Assembly: GCA_964641545.1 (NCBI GenBank)
Contig: CAZXLT010000001.1
Span: forward strand, 20,094 to 84,093
Direction: 5' to 3'
DNA length: 64,000 nucleotides
Origin: an uncultured Candidatus Saccharibacteria bacterium
GTDB lineage: Bacteria > Patescibacteriota > Saccharimonadia > Saccharimonadales > AWTP1-31
Shown: piece by piece, positions 48,599 to 59,747 of the stretch
Layout of the letters: the number at the start of each line of letters is the position of its first letter
Numbering within the stretch: the stretch's first letter is position 1
Program-made: the position numbers and the translations under genes
Notes under the pieces: model-generated
The model's database searches: none
Told to the model about the DNA's origin: nothing
The model's input: only the letters and a program-made list of their open reading frames with translations

Positions 48599-49164
48599 AT
48601 AGGTTGTGTTTGAGTTTGACCGTTCTGCTTGATTTCGATTTCACAACTTCCCCACAGCCCCGCGCTGGCAGCTTCCGCCTGTTGTTGGTACGTTTTAAAT
48701 TCTTCCTTTCGGCTCAATGGGAAAAACGTATTCGCAAACGCGTAGCCTTGTTTTAAAAGTTCAATATTGACCATGCGTCCATCGGGTAAAAACACATAGC
48801 GAAGTAGCCGATCATACCGGTCGCGGTTGGTGCTGTCAGGATCAGACTCTAGCCGCACCCGACTAGTGCCAATGAATTTTTTAGTGAAGTCAGAAGCCGC
48901 TTGGCCAAAACACTGTACGCTTTTTCGTGGGTCGTGTGTTTCGGGTGTGTCAATTCCGAGCATTCGCACTGTCTCTTCCGAACCATTCATATCAACGCGA
49001 ATAGTATCGCCATCAACAAACTCTGTGACAACGTAGAGCCCTGGTTGATTTTGCTGTGCTGACTGGATCAGCGGCTCAAAAGCAGAGCGTTGCTGATATG
49101 CCACCAACAGGCTGATCAGCCCAATTATGATGCTGATCAGCTTCTTTTTCGAGCGTTTTGTCAT
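48595..49164 (-). CDS. Secreted or membrane-anchored thermonuclease (SNase/micrococcal nuclease family)
   Basis: Signal anchor LISIIIGLISLLVA. VDGDTIRV...VRMLGIDTPET...RDRYDRLLRYVF is the SNase core. Confidence 0.8.
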   Translation of the reverse strand: MTKRSKKKLISIIIGLISLLVAYQQRSAFEPLIQSAQQNQPGLYVVTEFVDGDTIRVDMNGSEETVRMLGIDTPETHDPRKSVQCFGQAASDFTKKFIGTSRVRLESDPDSTNRDRYDRLLRYVFLPDGRMVNIELLKQGYAFANTFFPLSRKEEFKTYQQQAEAASAGLWGSCEIEIKQNGQTQTQPI

Positions 49165-49682
49165 GTCTCTAAACCGAGCTTTTGAGCTATGTAGTCCTTG
49201 GTAACTTTTGTTCCGTCAACTTCTATGTATTCTTCATTGCTTCTTGGCGGCTCGAGATTATCGCTGATTCGTTCAAAATCTTCATGACTGAAGTTTCCTA
49301 ACACCCGAGTTGGCCGCAGGTGCGCATTTGTAGTAGCACGCTCCTTCGCGAGGTCACGGTGTGTGGTAACCCAGATTAATACACAGCGTGCATCAAAATC
49401 ATTAGCAATTTGACGCAGGTGCTCACGGTCTTTATAGAAGTTAAAGCCTGTGTCGAAAATTACATCCTGCCCTTGGTTTAGTAACTGCACAGTTTCCTCG
49501 TTTAGGATTCCATATAAATGCAAGTTTTCTGCATGTTCATAGGTTGGCTCGCCGTAGCGACGACGACGCTCTTGGTCTGCCCACAGGTGAACGGCGCCGG
49601 TAAGATCGGAAATTATTTTAGAAACAGTTGTTTTGCCTGCTCCCGGATATCCCAGCATGAGGTATAACGTCGGCTTAGCCAT
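49161..49682 (-). CDS. P-loop kinase (AAA_33 / deoxynucleoside- or polynucleotide-kinase-like)
   Basis: LMLGYPGAGKTTVS Walker A and a DTGFNF-type Walker B. 173 aa. ATGA-coupled to the nuclease gene. Confidence 0.65.
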   Translation of the reverse strand: MAKPTLYLMLGYPGAGKTTVSKIISDLTGAVHLWADQERRRRYGEPTYEHAENLHLYGILNEETVQLLNQGQDVIFDTGFNFYKDREHLRQIANDFDARCVLIWVTTHRDLAKERATTNAHLRPTRVLGNFSHEDFERISDNLEPPRSNEEYIEVDGTKVTKDYIAQKLGLET

Positions 49683-49728
49683 ATTTATAGAGTACCGTGT
49701 ACCTTACAAAATGTATATTCCTGAGCTT

Positions 49729-51360
49729 TTATTTACGGCGTTTGTGTTTCCAACCGCCCCTAAGATTTTCGTTTGAAGCCTTGTGGCTTATATCAAGTAT
49801 GCCTAACACCGTTCGGCCCTCATCATCCCGGGAGAGTGTATAAAATATTCTTGTTTGTCGTGCCACATCGCCAACACTTAAATTAGTTCGCTTGTTAGTA
49901 TTGAGTCGCCAGACACTTGTACGTCGGTTGTTGACCGCGGCGCTCGTGATGCTTATCTGTATGTCGGTTGTTTTTTCTGCTCCATTGCCACGAGGCTCTT
50001 CAAGCAAGGACCGAAGCATTTTTAGTAGATCGGTTTGAATATCACTGTCAGAACGTTTACTTGCTAAATAATCGGCAACTGGTCGCAGAGCGAGCAGCTG
50101 TGTGTCTAATTGCGTTTCATCAAAATCTTCGCTGGTCATATCAATACCGCTACCCAGCATATGACCTTCTGGCGTTTTTGAGAGCGTAGCTATACGCCCA
50201 ACCGGTCGCGAATCGGTGTCGATTTCTGCTCCGAGCACAAAGTCCTCTGGTTTTGCCCGGCGTGCTGTAACGCGGCCTCCACGTGTTGCTCCGCCTTTTC
50301 GTCTTTTTCCTCCACTACGCTGGGTTGTCTGAGCTGGTCGACTCATTGTATCTAGATCCGTGTCGCGTATGTAAAAGTTTGAACTATCGCGAAGTGGTGT
50401 AAGCATCTCTAAATAGGCATCACGCGTTTCGGTTATTACGCGCCGATGATGTCCCAGAAATGCTTCTTGAAGGCTGGGCGGCCAGTGATCCCATGATTTG
50501 GCGCCTAACAGCGTACTTGGCGGTAGTGCGCCGTCGTCTACCTTAAGTACATCTCGCAAGAACTTGAACCACGTTTGGGCATCTTTGGGTATTGTTTCAA
50601 TGGCAGTTTTCTGTAACTCTTCATCATCGGAAAAGCAGTCATCGACAAGATGTAAAAATGCATTGAGGCTATATTGCGGCTCACCTTCTAATCGCTCAAG
50701 TGAAGCTTCTAAAATACTCTTTTCAAAAGGATCAAAATGATTCTTAGCTAGGTATTGCAGAAACGGACGCAATTCATCCGGGTCGCGGCTTGGATCTTTC
50801 AGCGTAGATAGCAGATCAACAAGTACGACTACGCCGTGGGTGTTGATGAGCCCAAGTGTTTGGTCTTGTAGCTGCTTCTCTAGCTGAACTTTTCTTCGTT
50901 CAGCACTAAACATATTCAGCCAGATTTGTGATGAAGCACGTAGAAACAAGTATCGTGAGCCTGTAGTTTCTGACGAGTCGAACGTGTGTTGTGCTATCTG
51001 TGCGGCAACATACTCTTCATCGTCTGCTTTTCCGCCTATTTCTAGCAACTGTGCATCATTTTTTGCCCCCATTAGGGTGTGCGCCATGTCTTGCCGTTGA
51101 CTTCGTATAAAGGCCTGATCAAACCTTCGTTCACCACGACTAGCATCAGCCATGTCTTCATAATCGGCATGCAGAAGTCCAAGTATAAAGTCATCTGAGA
51201 GTGCGCCGCGTGCAATTGAGCGAACAGTTCTGAGGGCAATTCCGTAATCTTGCACTAATGGATCTATGCTTGCCAAAAACTGTTCAGTAGGCGCAAGCGC
51301 TACTGGCTCCAATATATCAACACCACCGGGTATTTCGGCAGCCTCTCTAGGATCTGACAT
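49729..51360 (-). CDS. Large hypothetical protein (543 aa) with an Arg/Gly-rich central segment and a RelE/ParE-like C-terminal region
   Basis: SGGKRRKGGATRGGRVTARRAK in the middle. The C-terminus LSVGDVARQTRIFYTLSRDDEGRTVLGILDISHK resembles the RelE/ParE core (LRVGDYRIIYRV..V.IL.I.HR). Confidence 0.55.
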   Translation of the reverse strand: MSDPREAAEIPGGVDILEPVALAPTEQFLASIDPLVQDYGIALRTVRSIARGALSDDFILGLLHADYEDMADASRGERRFDQAFIRSQRQDMAHTLMGAKNDAQLLEIGGKADDEEYVAAQIAQHTFDSSETTGSRYLFLRASSQIWLNMFSAERRKVQLEKQLQDQTLGLINTHGVVVLVDLLSTLKDPSRDPDELRPFLQYLAKNHFDPFEKSILEASLERLEGEPQYSLNAFLHLVDDCFSDDEELQKTAIETIPKDAQTWFKFLRDVLKVDDGALPPSTLLGAKSWDHWPPSLQEAFLGHHRRVITETRDAYLEMLTPLRDSSNFYIRDTDLDTMSRPAQTTQRSGGKRRKGGATRGGRVTARRAKPEDFVLGAEIDTDSRPVGRIATLSKTPEGHMLGSGIDMTSEDFDETQLDTQLLALRPVADYLASKRSDSDIQTDLLKMLRSLLEEPRGNGAEKTTDIQISITSAAVNNRRTSVWRLNTNKRTNLSVGDVARQTRIFYTLSRDDEGRTVLGILDISHKASNENLRGGWKHKRRK

Positions 51361-51405
51361 TCGGACATTTATACCACAAAATTCAACCTAAGTCCACAGG
51401 ATTAA

Positions 51406-51434
51406 TTGAAATTTATCTTAAAAAGTTGTATAAT
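51406..51434 (+). promoter_or_regulatory. Sigma-70-type promoter (TTGAAA-17-TATAAT) implying a leaderless mRNA
   Basis: TTGAAA 51406-51411, a 17-nt spacer, TATAAT 51429-51434. The first in-frame ATG of the preferred CDS is at 51441. Confidence 0.55.
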
Positions 51435-51440
51435 AACAGC

Positions 51441-52130
51441 ATGGCCCGTAGCCCTTATGTGCAAACCGTTGACGGGGTCGAAGACCCGGTGCGTAGTTTT
51501 CTGGAACACCTTCCTGAAATGGCACACGAGACCGATCTTGCTCTTGATGATGCCTATTCGTACCGTGACTTTAATGTGTCGGGTGCTTTGTTCGCATGGG
51601 ACGCTGTAAGAAAAAAGGCGGCAATCTTTGTTCGGGCAAATACAAAACGGAGACGCGCAGCTAAGGTATGTGCCGAGCACAAGGTTATGGAGCTCAACGC
51701 ACAAACTGCATTCGATCAAATCATCGGTGTACTTGTTCGTGGAACGACCGATCAGGATAAAATTGAAGAGGTGAATCATATACGCGTTCCAACGCTTTGG
51801 CCATGTCCCGATGCTTGTGTGCCCGAAATTGATGGCAACAGCCGAACAACAGATGACACACTTATTGTTACGACTGGGTTTGGGCGTCGACAGGCAGACA
51901 AGATTTATCAAGCACATTTGTTTGGTGACCTGCGTAGTATGTACGTGGATGGTTCATGGCGCCAGGATGGTCAGCAAGCCCAATATGGTTTGGGCGAAGG
52001 AATCCCTGGGCGCCTGGCTCTGTTCGATGCCCTTGTTTTAGCCGAAGCAACGCGGGCAAGCGACCAACAAAGGAATCCCGCGGAGTTGGCCCGCATGGCA
52101 CTTATGACATCAATGCCCCACATTGCCTAG
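51441..52130 (+). CDS. Hypothetical protein (divergent from the 543-aa gene)
   Basis: Start MARSPYVQT chosen because the track start 51426 overlaps the -10 box. Confidence 0.5.
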   Translation: MARSPYVQTVDGVEDPVRSFLEHLPEMAHETDLALDDAYSYRDFNVSGALFAWDAVRKKAAIFVRANTKRRRAAKVCAEHKVMELNAQTAFDQIIGVLVRGTTDQDKIEEVNHIRVPTLWPCPDACVPEIDGNSRTTDDTLIVTTGFGRRQADKIYQAHLFGDLRSMYVDGSWRQDGQQAQYGLGEGIPGRLALFDALVLAEATRASDQQRNPAELARMALMTSMPHIA

Positions 52131-52693
52131 TAGTCAATGCCGGGATTAGCTAAGAATTTGTCATCAAAATGGTGCTTGATCTTCGTCATGTCGGTGGCGA
52201 TGTCGACATATTTGAGTAAGTCTTTTGGAAAATCACGACCAGTAAGGCATAGACTTGTTTTCGGATGTTTGTCCACAAGCAATTTCTTAAGGTTTGATTT
52301 CGGGATGAGCCCGTCGTGAACTGCGTTATTGATTTCGTCACAAATAACTAGGTCGTAGTTGCCACTGGTAGCGCACTTGTAGGCTTCGTTGTACGTTTCA
52401 TCGGCTGCTGCTTTATGTTGCGCTTCACTAATATGTTGTTCGCTCAATTCACCGGCGTTATAAAACCCTTTACCGCCTTTGAAAAAGTGCAGTTGATCTT
52501 TATAAAGACCTTGGATGTCACGTATAAATATATGTTCGCCAACCCCCCAGTATTTAATAAATTGGATAAAGGCGACTTGCCATCTACTACCTAATGCGCG
52601 AGTCAACAAGCCCAGGCCAGCGCTGGTTTTACCCTTCCCCTCGCCGGTATAGACAATTACTACAGACTCTTTTGTCTGAAAATCCTCAAACAT
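52127..52693 (-). CDS. Cob(I)yrinic acid a,c-diamide / cob(I)alamin adenosyltransferase (CobO/BtuR family)
   Basis: VYTGEGKGKTSAGLGLLTRALG...ICDEINNAV pattern. Confidence 0.65.
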   Translation of the reverse strand: MFEDFQTKESVVIVYTGEGKGKTSAGLGLLTRALGSRWQVAFIQFIKYWGVGEHIFIRDIQGLYKDQLHFFKGGKGFYNAGELSEQHISEAQHKAAADETYNEAYKCATSGNYDLVICDEINNAVHDGLIPKSNLKKLLVDKHPKTSLCLTGRDFPKDLLKYVDIATDMTKIKHHFDDKFLANPGIDY

Positions 52694-52728
52694 CGTAGCT
52701 CTATTGTAGCAAGCAACTAATCGCTAAT

Positions 52729-52959
52729 TTAATCACGCAGTGCTAGATCAATTTTCGGTCGATCAAAGCCGACAACAACAGTGCCGTTGATATCAAGCAC
52801 TGGCGTCACAACCTGCCCGACCGATTCCATAACCCATTGGGCTGCTTTTGGGTTTTCGCTCACGTCAAGCTCTTTAAACGTTACGTTCTTGTGTTTCAGG
52901 TATTCTTTCGCCATGTGACAGTAGGCACATGTTGGCGAGCTATAAATGGTTACGCTCAT
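52729..52959 (-). CDS. Glutaredoxin-like protein (NrdH-like)
   Basis: TIYSSPTCAYCHMAKEYL with a CxxC motif and a GF near the C-terminus. 76 aa. Confidence 0.7.
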   Translation of the reverse strand: MSVTIYSSPTCAYCHMAKEYLKHKNVTFKELDVSENPKAAQWVMESVGQVVTPVLDINGTVVVGFDRPKIDLALRD

Positions 52960-53032
52960 ACTATGTAGTATACTAAGTTACAAGTAAAAGCCCAAGGCAT
53001 GGGCTCTCTTTTAAGGTTTCTCGTTAAAACTA

Positions 53033-53062
53033 TTGCAAGCCCAGGACCTCCCCTGTTATAAT
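53033..53062 (+). promoter_or_regulatory. Candidate atp-operon promoter (TTGCAA-18-TATAAT)
   Basis: -35 TTGCAA at 53033-53038 and -10 TATAAT at 53057-53062, about 80 nt upstream of atpB. Confidence 0.45.
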
Positions 53063-53139
53063 TAGCAAGAAATGAGCCGCTCTTCCGCCGCCAATCAATT
53101 GACGACGAATGACTCCTGTGGAGTTGTATTGGAGTGTGC

Positions 53140-53985
53140 ATGCTAAGCAAACTGTTTGCCAGCACCGATGGTCCGCACATTGCATTAAGCCCCGAAAAAA
53201 TTACCGAATTTGCTGGTTTTACTATAAGCAACTCAATTATTTATGGCGTAATTTGTGCATTTCTACTTGCAGTCATACTTTTGATTGCCCGCTTTCGTAT
53301 TCATCAAAAAGCAGCACGTGGCTTTACTCAGCTCGTGGAGATTTTAGTTGAGTTTATTATTGGTCTTGTTGAAGGACCGCTTGGCAGCCGAAAAAAGGCT
53401 ATTACATACGCGCCGATATTTGGTGTATTTTTCTTATTTATTATTTTCAGCAACTTAATGGGCCTGCTGCCTATTGTTGGTCCGGGAGTCTTTGCGCGAA
53501 CCGCCGAAGGCAATACCCCGCTCTTTCGTCCGTTTACAGCTGACCTCAACGGCACTATTGCCATGGCGGTTATTGCCATTATTACTATTCAGTACCTCTC
53601 AATTAAGGAGTCTGGTTTCTTGGGTCATCTCAAGCACTACTTTACAGATAAGCCATTTAACCCTATAAATATGTTTATCGGCATTCTTGAGGTATTCGGT
53701 GAGTTTACTCGAATGATCAGTCTGAGTCTTCGATTGTTTCTCAATACAGCCGTGGGAGAAATCCTTATTAGTGTCTTTGCGTATATTGGCAAAGATTTTC
53801 GTTCGTTTACTATTCTGCCAGTCGCCATGTTCGAAATGTTGGTGGCCGGTATTCAGGCGTACGTCTTTACAGTCCTCTGCGCTACGTACCTTGGCTTAGC
53901 AATAAGTCATGGTCATGACGATGAACATCCAGCCCAAGAAGTTGACCCTGTGGTCGCTGCTTTGGAGGGCGATGTTAGCCATTAA
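53140..53985 (+). CDS. atpB: F0F1 ATP synthase subunit a
   Basis: MISLSLRLFLNTAVGEIL contains the conserved Arg. About 5 TM helices. Confidence 0.85.
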   Translation: MLSKLFASTDGPHIALSPEKITEFAGFTISNSIIYGVICAFLLAVILLIARFRIHQKAARGFTQLVEILVEFIIGLVEGPLGSRKKAITYAPIFGVFFLFIIFSNLMGLLPIVGPGVFARTAEGNTPLFRPFTADLNGTIAMAVIAIITIQYLSIKESGFLGHLKHYFTDKPFNPINMFIGILEVFGEFTRMISLSLRLFLNTAVGEILISVFAYIGKDFRSFTILPVAMFEMLVAGIQAYVFTVLCATYLGLAISHGHDDEHPAQEVDPVVAALEGDVSH

Positions 53986-54055
53986 TCAAATATCCGTGCG
54001 CGGGCTTCGAATACTCGGGGTGCACACGGTAACAAGGTAAAAAAAGGAGTTATAA

Positions 54056-54322
54056 ATGGCACCAGTATTAACAAAATTTGCATCAGACGCAGCAGAAGTT
54101 GCTCAGCGCGGTGGTTGGAACCCAACTGCTAGCAAAGCCTTCATGCTTGGTCTTGCTTTTGCCGCAGCCGCTATCGGTCTCGGCATGGTTGGCGCAAACT
54201 ACATGAAAGCTTTGGGTCGCAACCCAGAAGCAGGTAAGGCAGCTGGTCAGATTGTGATCATCGCAGCTATGATCGAGGTTACTGCCCTCTTGGCCTTCCT
54301 CGGCGCGCTAATCGTAAAATAA
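54056..54322 (+). CDS. atpE: F0F1 ATP synthase subunit c
   Basis: Two-helix hairpin with the carboxylate E in AMIEVTALLAFLGALIV. Confidence 0.85.
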   Translation: MAPVLTKFASDAAEVAQRGGWNPTASKAFMLGLAFAAAAIGLGMVGANYMKALGRNPEAGKAAGQIVIIAAMIEVTALLAFLGALIVK

Positions 54323-54341
54323 GAGGACACCAACAAAGATT

Positions 54342-54893
54342 ATGCTTGAGCTACTAACAACATTCACTACACTTGCCAACACTGCGACCGAAGAAAAAAC
54401 CGGCATCGCCGTGCTTGGCATCGACGTAAAAGTAATCCTGTTACAGGCAGGGACTTTCCTGCTGCTCTTCTTGGTGATCAAGAAGTTTGCACTTGAAGGT
54501 ATTGTTAGTACGCTCGAGCAGCGTCGTCAGACAATCGACAAGGGAGTTGAACTTGGCCTTGAAATGGAAAAGAAAAAAGCTGAGTTCGATGAAGAATTAA
54601 AGAAACTTCACGTTAAAGCTCGCGAGAGTGCCGATACGATCATCGCAACCGCAAACAAAGAAGCTAGCGATATTATTAAGGCTGGCGAAGCAAGTGCGAC
54701 TAAGAAGGTTGATCAGATGCTCAAAGACGCTGAAGGTCGAATCGAACGCGAGATGGGCAAGGCACGAACGCAACTAAAAGATGAAATGTTGAGCCTGGTA
54801 GCGGAAGCAACCGAAGTCATTATTGACGAAAAGTTGGATAGTAAAAAAGACGCTGGCCTTATTGGTCGCGCACTCGCAAAGGTACGTTCATGA
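54342..54893 (+). CDS. atpF: F0F1 ATP synthase subunit b
   Basis: N-terminal TM followed by a long charged helix. Operon position. Confidence 0.8.
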   Translation: MLELLTTFTTLANTATEEKTGIAVLGIDVKVILLQAGTFLLLFLVIKKFALEGIVSTLEQRRQTIDKGVELGLEMEKKKAEFDEELKKLHVKARESADTIIATANKEASDIIKAGEASATKKVDQMLKDAEGRIEREMGKARTQLKDEMLSLVAEATEVIIDEKLDSKKDAGLIGRALAKVRS

Positions 54894-55273
54894 AAATTAG
54901 TAATAAAGATATCGCAAAAGCTGCATTATCCGAGATTAACGCCGGTAAGGCCTCATCAGACGTTGCAAAACGCGTTGCAGCTTATCTAGTCAATGAACGT
55001 CGCAGTAAAGATGCTGATAGCGTGGTTCGACAGATTGAGCGCTTACTAGGACAAGATGGTCAAGTAGAGCTGAATATTACCACTGCACGTGGTATAAGCG
55101 AAGAGCTGCTTACCAGTATCAAGAATGTTTTTGCGGAAGGCGCTAAAAAAGTAATAATCAATGAAAAACAAGATCCGAGTGTACTTGGCGGTGTGTTGGT
55201 TGAGTCGGGCGAACAGCGCCTCGATTTGACGGTACGCCGGCAAATACAACGGCTTAAAGGAGTAAGAGTCTAA
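54890..55273 (+). CDS. atpH: F0F1 ATP synthase subunit delta (short, 127 aa)
   Basis: Operon position between b and alpha. OSCP-like C-terminal pattern [25 protein letters not shown]. Shorter than a typical ~180-aa delta. Confidence 0.65.
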   Translation: MKISNKDIAKAALSEINAGKASSDVAKRVAAYLVNERRSKDADSVVRQIERLLGQDGQVELNITTARGISEELLTSIKNVFAEGAKKVIINEKQDPSVLGGVLVESGEQRLDLTVRRQIQRLKGVRV

Positions 55274-56817
55274 TGGCAGACATTTCGGTCAAAGAACTAT
55301 CAGCAGATATTAAGAAAGCAATCGATGCACTAAAGGGTAGCGCTGACGTCGAGAACGTTGGCATTGTAACGCGCGTTGGGGACGGTGTAGCCTGGATTTA
55401 CGGTCTGACGAGCGCTGGCTACAGCGAAATGCTTGAGATTGAAGGCGAAAACGGTACGGTGCCTGCGTTTGCCTTAAACCTCATGGAAGATGAAATTGGT
55501 GCAGTACTTATGGGGCAAGACGTGCAGGTTAAGGCCGGTGCCCGTGTGAAATTAACCGGAAAAGTTCTCGAAGTGCCAGTTGGCCCAGAGCTTGTTGGTC
55601 GTGTAGTTGATCCTCTTGGTCGGCCGCTGGACGATAAGGGTCCGATTAAAACAAAGCAAAACGGTTTGATCGAGCGAATTGCACCTGGTGTATTGGATCG
55701 TAAAAGTGTGAACGAACCACTTATGACTGGGCTCGTATCGATTGATGCAATGGTGCCAATTGGACGTGGTCAGCGTGAACTTATTATCGGCGACCGCCAA
55801 ACCGGTAAGACTGCTATTGCTCTCGATACAATGATTAACCAGCATAAACAAAAAACAGGCGTTATTAATATTTATGTCGCAGTTGGTCAGAAGTTGAGTA
55901 AAGTTTCTCGCCTTATTGAACGACTAAAACGCGAGGGGGTAATGGATCAGACCATTGTGGTTGCCACTTCTGCTTCTGACCCTGCTTCATTGCAGTATCT
56001 CGCACCATACGCCGGGGCAGCCATGGGCGAATACTTCCGCGACAACGGAAAACACGCGCTTATTATCTACGATGACCTCACCAAGCACGCTGTTGCCTAC
56101 CGACAAATGTCACTGCTACTCCGTCGTCCACCAGGGCGTGAGGCTTACCCAGGTGATGTGTTCTACTTGCATAGTCGACTCTTAGAGCGTGCCGCAAAAA
56201 TGAGCGACAAAATGGGCGGCGGTAGCTTAACTGCCCTGCCGATTATCGAGACGCAGGCTGGTGATATTAGCGCCTACATTCCTACGAACGTCATTTCTAT
56301 TACTGACGGACAAATCTTTATGGAAACCAACTTGTTTTATCAGGGTATTCGCCCTGCTGTATCGGTTGGTCTTTCCGTATCACGCGTGGGTGGCGCTGCT
56401 CAGACTAAAGCGGTTAAGAGTGTTGCCGGAAGTCTCCGACTTGACCTTGCGCAGTTCCGAGAACTTGCGGCCTTTGCACAGTTCAGTACTGATCTTGACG
56501 CTGATACCAAGGCCAAAATTGAACGTGGTCAGCGCTTAACAGAACTGTTGAAGCAACCGCAATACAGCCCGCTTGGCGTATGGGAGCAAACTGCTTCGCT
56601 GATGGCGGCAACCGAAGGTGCCTTTGATGCTGTTCCGGTTAATAAGATTAAGGATGCTCAGGCTTCCCTGTTACACCAGCTTCACTCCGAGTATCGTAAG
56701 GATATGGAAGAGCTGAACAAGGGCGATAAGCCTACTGACAAGACTAAAGAAGCAATTCTGAAAGTTGCTAAGGACGTTGCCAGAAGTCATCATGAGAAAG
56801 TAGGAGTCAAGGAGTAA
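55273..56817 (+). CDS. atpA: F0F1 ATP synthase subunit alpha
   Basis: [18 protein letters not shown] (P-loop) and other alpha hallmark motifs. Confidence 0.95.
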   Translation: MADISVKELSADIKKAIDALKGSADVENVGIVTRVGDGVAWIYGLTSAGYSEMLEIEGENGTVPAFALNLMEDEIGAVLMGQDVQVKAGARVKLTGKVLEVPVGPELVGRVVDPLGRPLDDKGPIKTKQNGLIERIAPGVLDRKSVNEPLMTGLVSIDAMVPIGRGQRELIIGDRQTGKTAIALDTMINQHKQKTGVINIYVAVGQKLSKVSRLIERLKREGVMDQTIVVATSASDPASLQYLAPYAGAAMGEYFRDNGKHALIIYDDLTKHAVAYRQMSLLLRRPPGREAYPGDVFYLHSRLLERAAKMSDKMGGGSLTALPIIETQAGDISAYIPTNVISITDGQIFMETNLFYQGIRPAVSVGLSVSRVGGAAQTKAVKSVAGSLRLDLAQFRELAAFAQFSTDLDADTKAKIERGQRLTELLKQPQYSPLGVWEQTASLMAATEGAFDAVPVNKIKDAQASLLHQLHSEYRKDMEELNKGDKPTDKTKEAILKVAKDVARSHHEKVGVKE

Positions 56818-56820
56818 TCA

Positions 56821-57752
56821 GTGGCTAGTCAGCAGCAACTAAAACGAAGGATTGGCTCGGTGCGCAACACGCGCCAAATTACTAAAGCTATGGAGCTTGT
56901 CAGCGCCAGCAAGATGCGCAAAGCACAAGAGAACGCTTTAATGGGTCGCGACTACGCACGAATGTCAAAAGAGCTGCTTACCCGACTTCGCGAACTCACT
57001 GATGTGCGTAAGCATCCCTTGTTTGAACTACGTGCGCAACCAAAAGCTCGACTACACATACTGATAACCAGTGACCGTGGGCTCGCCGGTGCATATAATA
57101 GTAGTGTCCTTAAGGCTTTCGCGAGAGCGATTCAGGCAGATCGAGATAGTGGTACGGCATCGTATGCAATAACGATTGGACGACAAGGAAGTACTTTCGC
57201 CGGCAAACTTGAGCATGTTCAGATTCTTGGAGCGTATACTAACTTTCCTGAACATCCTACGGCCAATGATCTTGCACCAATTCTACGTACTGCAATCGAC
57301 TGCTTTTTGAAGGACGCACAGGCAAAGTCTGTATCAGAAGAAGACGAAGAGACTACCAACGTCCAAGAGCTTGAACTGCCGGCCGTTGATTACGTTGACA
57401 TAATTTACACCGACTACAAATCAAGCATTTTGCAAGAGGTCAATACAACACGTCTGCTACCTGCAGCATTTACTGATGTAGAAATTGAACCAGACCTAGA
57501 GAGAGCAGATTTTGAACCAACGCCCCAAGCGGTGCTCGATAATGTGGCCGAGCGATTGATTGAAGCAGAACTTTACCAAACCATTCTAGAAAGCCTTGCC
57601 AGCGAACAGAGTGCTCGGATGATGGCCATGAAAAACGCCAGCGACAACGCCAGTGATATTATTGAAGATCTAACCCTAGCCTTTAATACGGCTCGTCAAG
57701 CTGCGATTACACAGGAACTGGCAGAAATAACCGGTGGTGCGGAGGCGATAAA

Positions 57753-57756
<4 letters not shown>
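56821..57756 (+). CDS. atpG: F0F1 ATP synthase subunit gamma
   Basis: MASQQQLKRRIGSVRNTRQITKAMELVSASKMRKAQE. Confidence 0.9.
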
Positions 57757-59399
<1,643 letters not shown>

Positions 59400-59400
<1 letters not shown>

Positions 59401-59747
59401 TGCCTGGGAATCAATCTGACTATAAGGGCGATAGTGGTCTTCCGGGCAATGGCTTAAATATGGGTTATGGTTCTGCTGGCAATACTCCAGCGGGAGATCT
59501 GTCGGGGGGTCACGAGCACGGACAAAACGCCGCGCCTAGATATAGTTCGCCGTGGCTTCGAGACGGTCTTAACTCAAGATTGATTGGCGGTCTTATAGCG
59601 CGGGATGATGTTGACCCAGATACGGCAGAGCGCACAGCTGATTATGAGCTGGTCGTGGGGAGTGCTGTTTTACAACAGCTAATTGACGATGCGACGGCAC
59701 GACCACGAGCACCTTTAACAATTGATAGAACTTGCGAGGTTAAATGA
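59400..59747 (+). CDS. Hypothetical Gly-rich 115-aa protein inserted between atpD and atpC
   Basis: TAATG overlap with the atpD stop and ATGA overlap with the atpC start. Low-complexity N-terminus. Confidence 0.4.

Noticed and set aside
51402-51917. 171-aa ORF antisense to the 51441..52130 gene
   Set aside because: Cys-rich low-complexity translation fully embedded antisense in a gene with a strong upstream promoter, and no start context.
51441-52130. RNase H-like YVDGSW motif in the 234-aa protein
   Set aside because: The motif lies about 55 residues from the C-terminus, leaving far too little sequence for an RNase H fold, and no downstream D/E catalytic residues are in register.
52981-53010. 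Hairpin AGCCCAAGGCATGGGCT plus a T-run upstream of the atp operon as a terminator
   Set aside because: The stem is only 5 bp and there is no upstream same-strand gene to terminate. It is more likely part of the promoter/UP region.
52956-53231. 91-aa ORF on the minus strand upstream of atpB
   Set aside because: It overlaps the predicted atp promoter and the atpB start, with no supporting motif.
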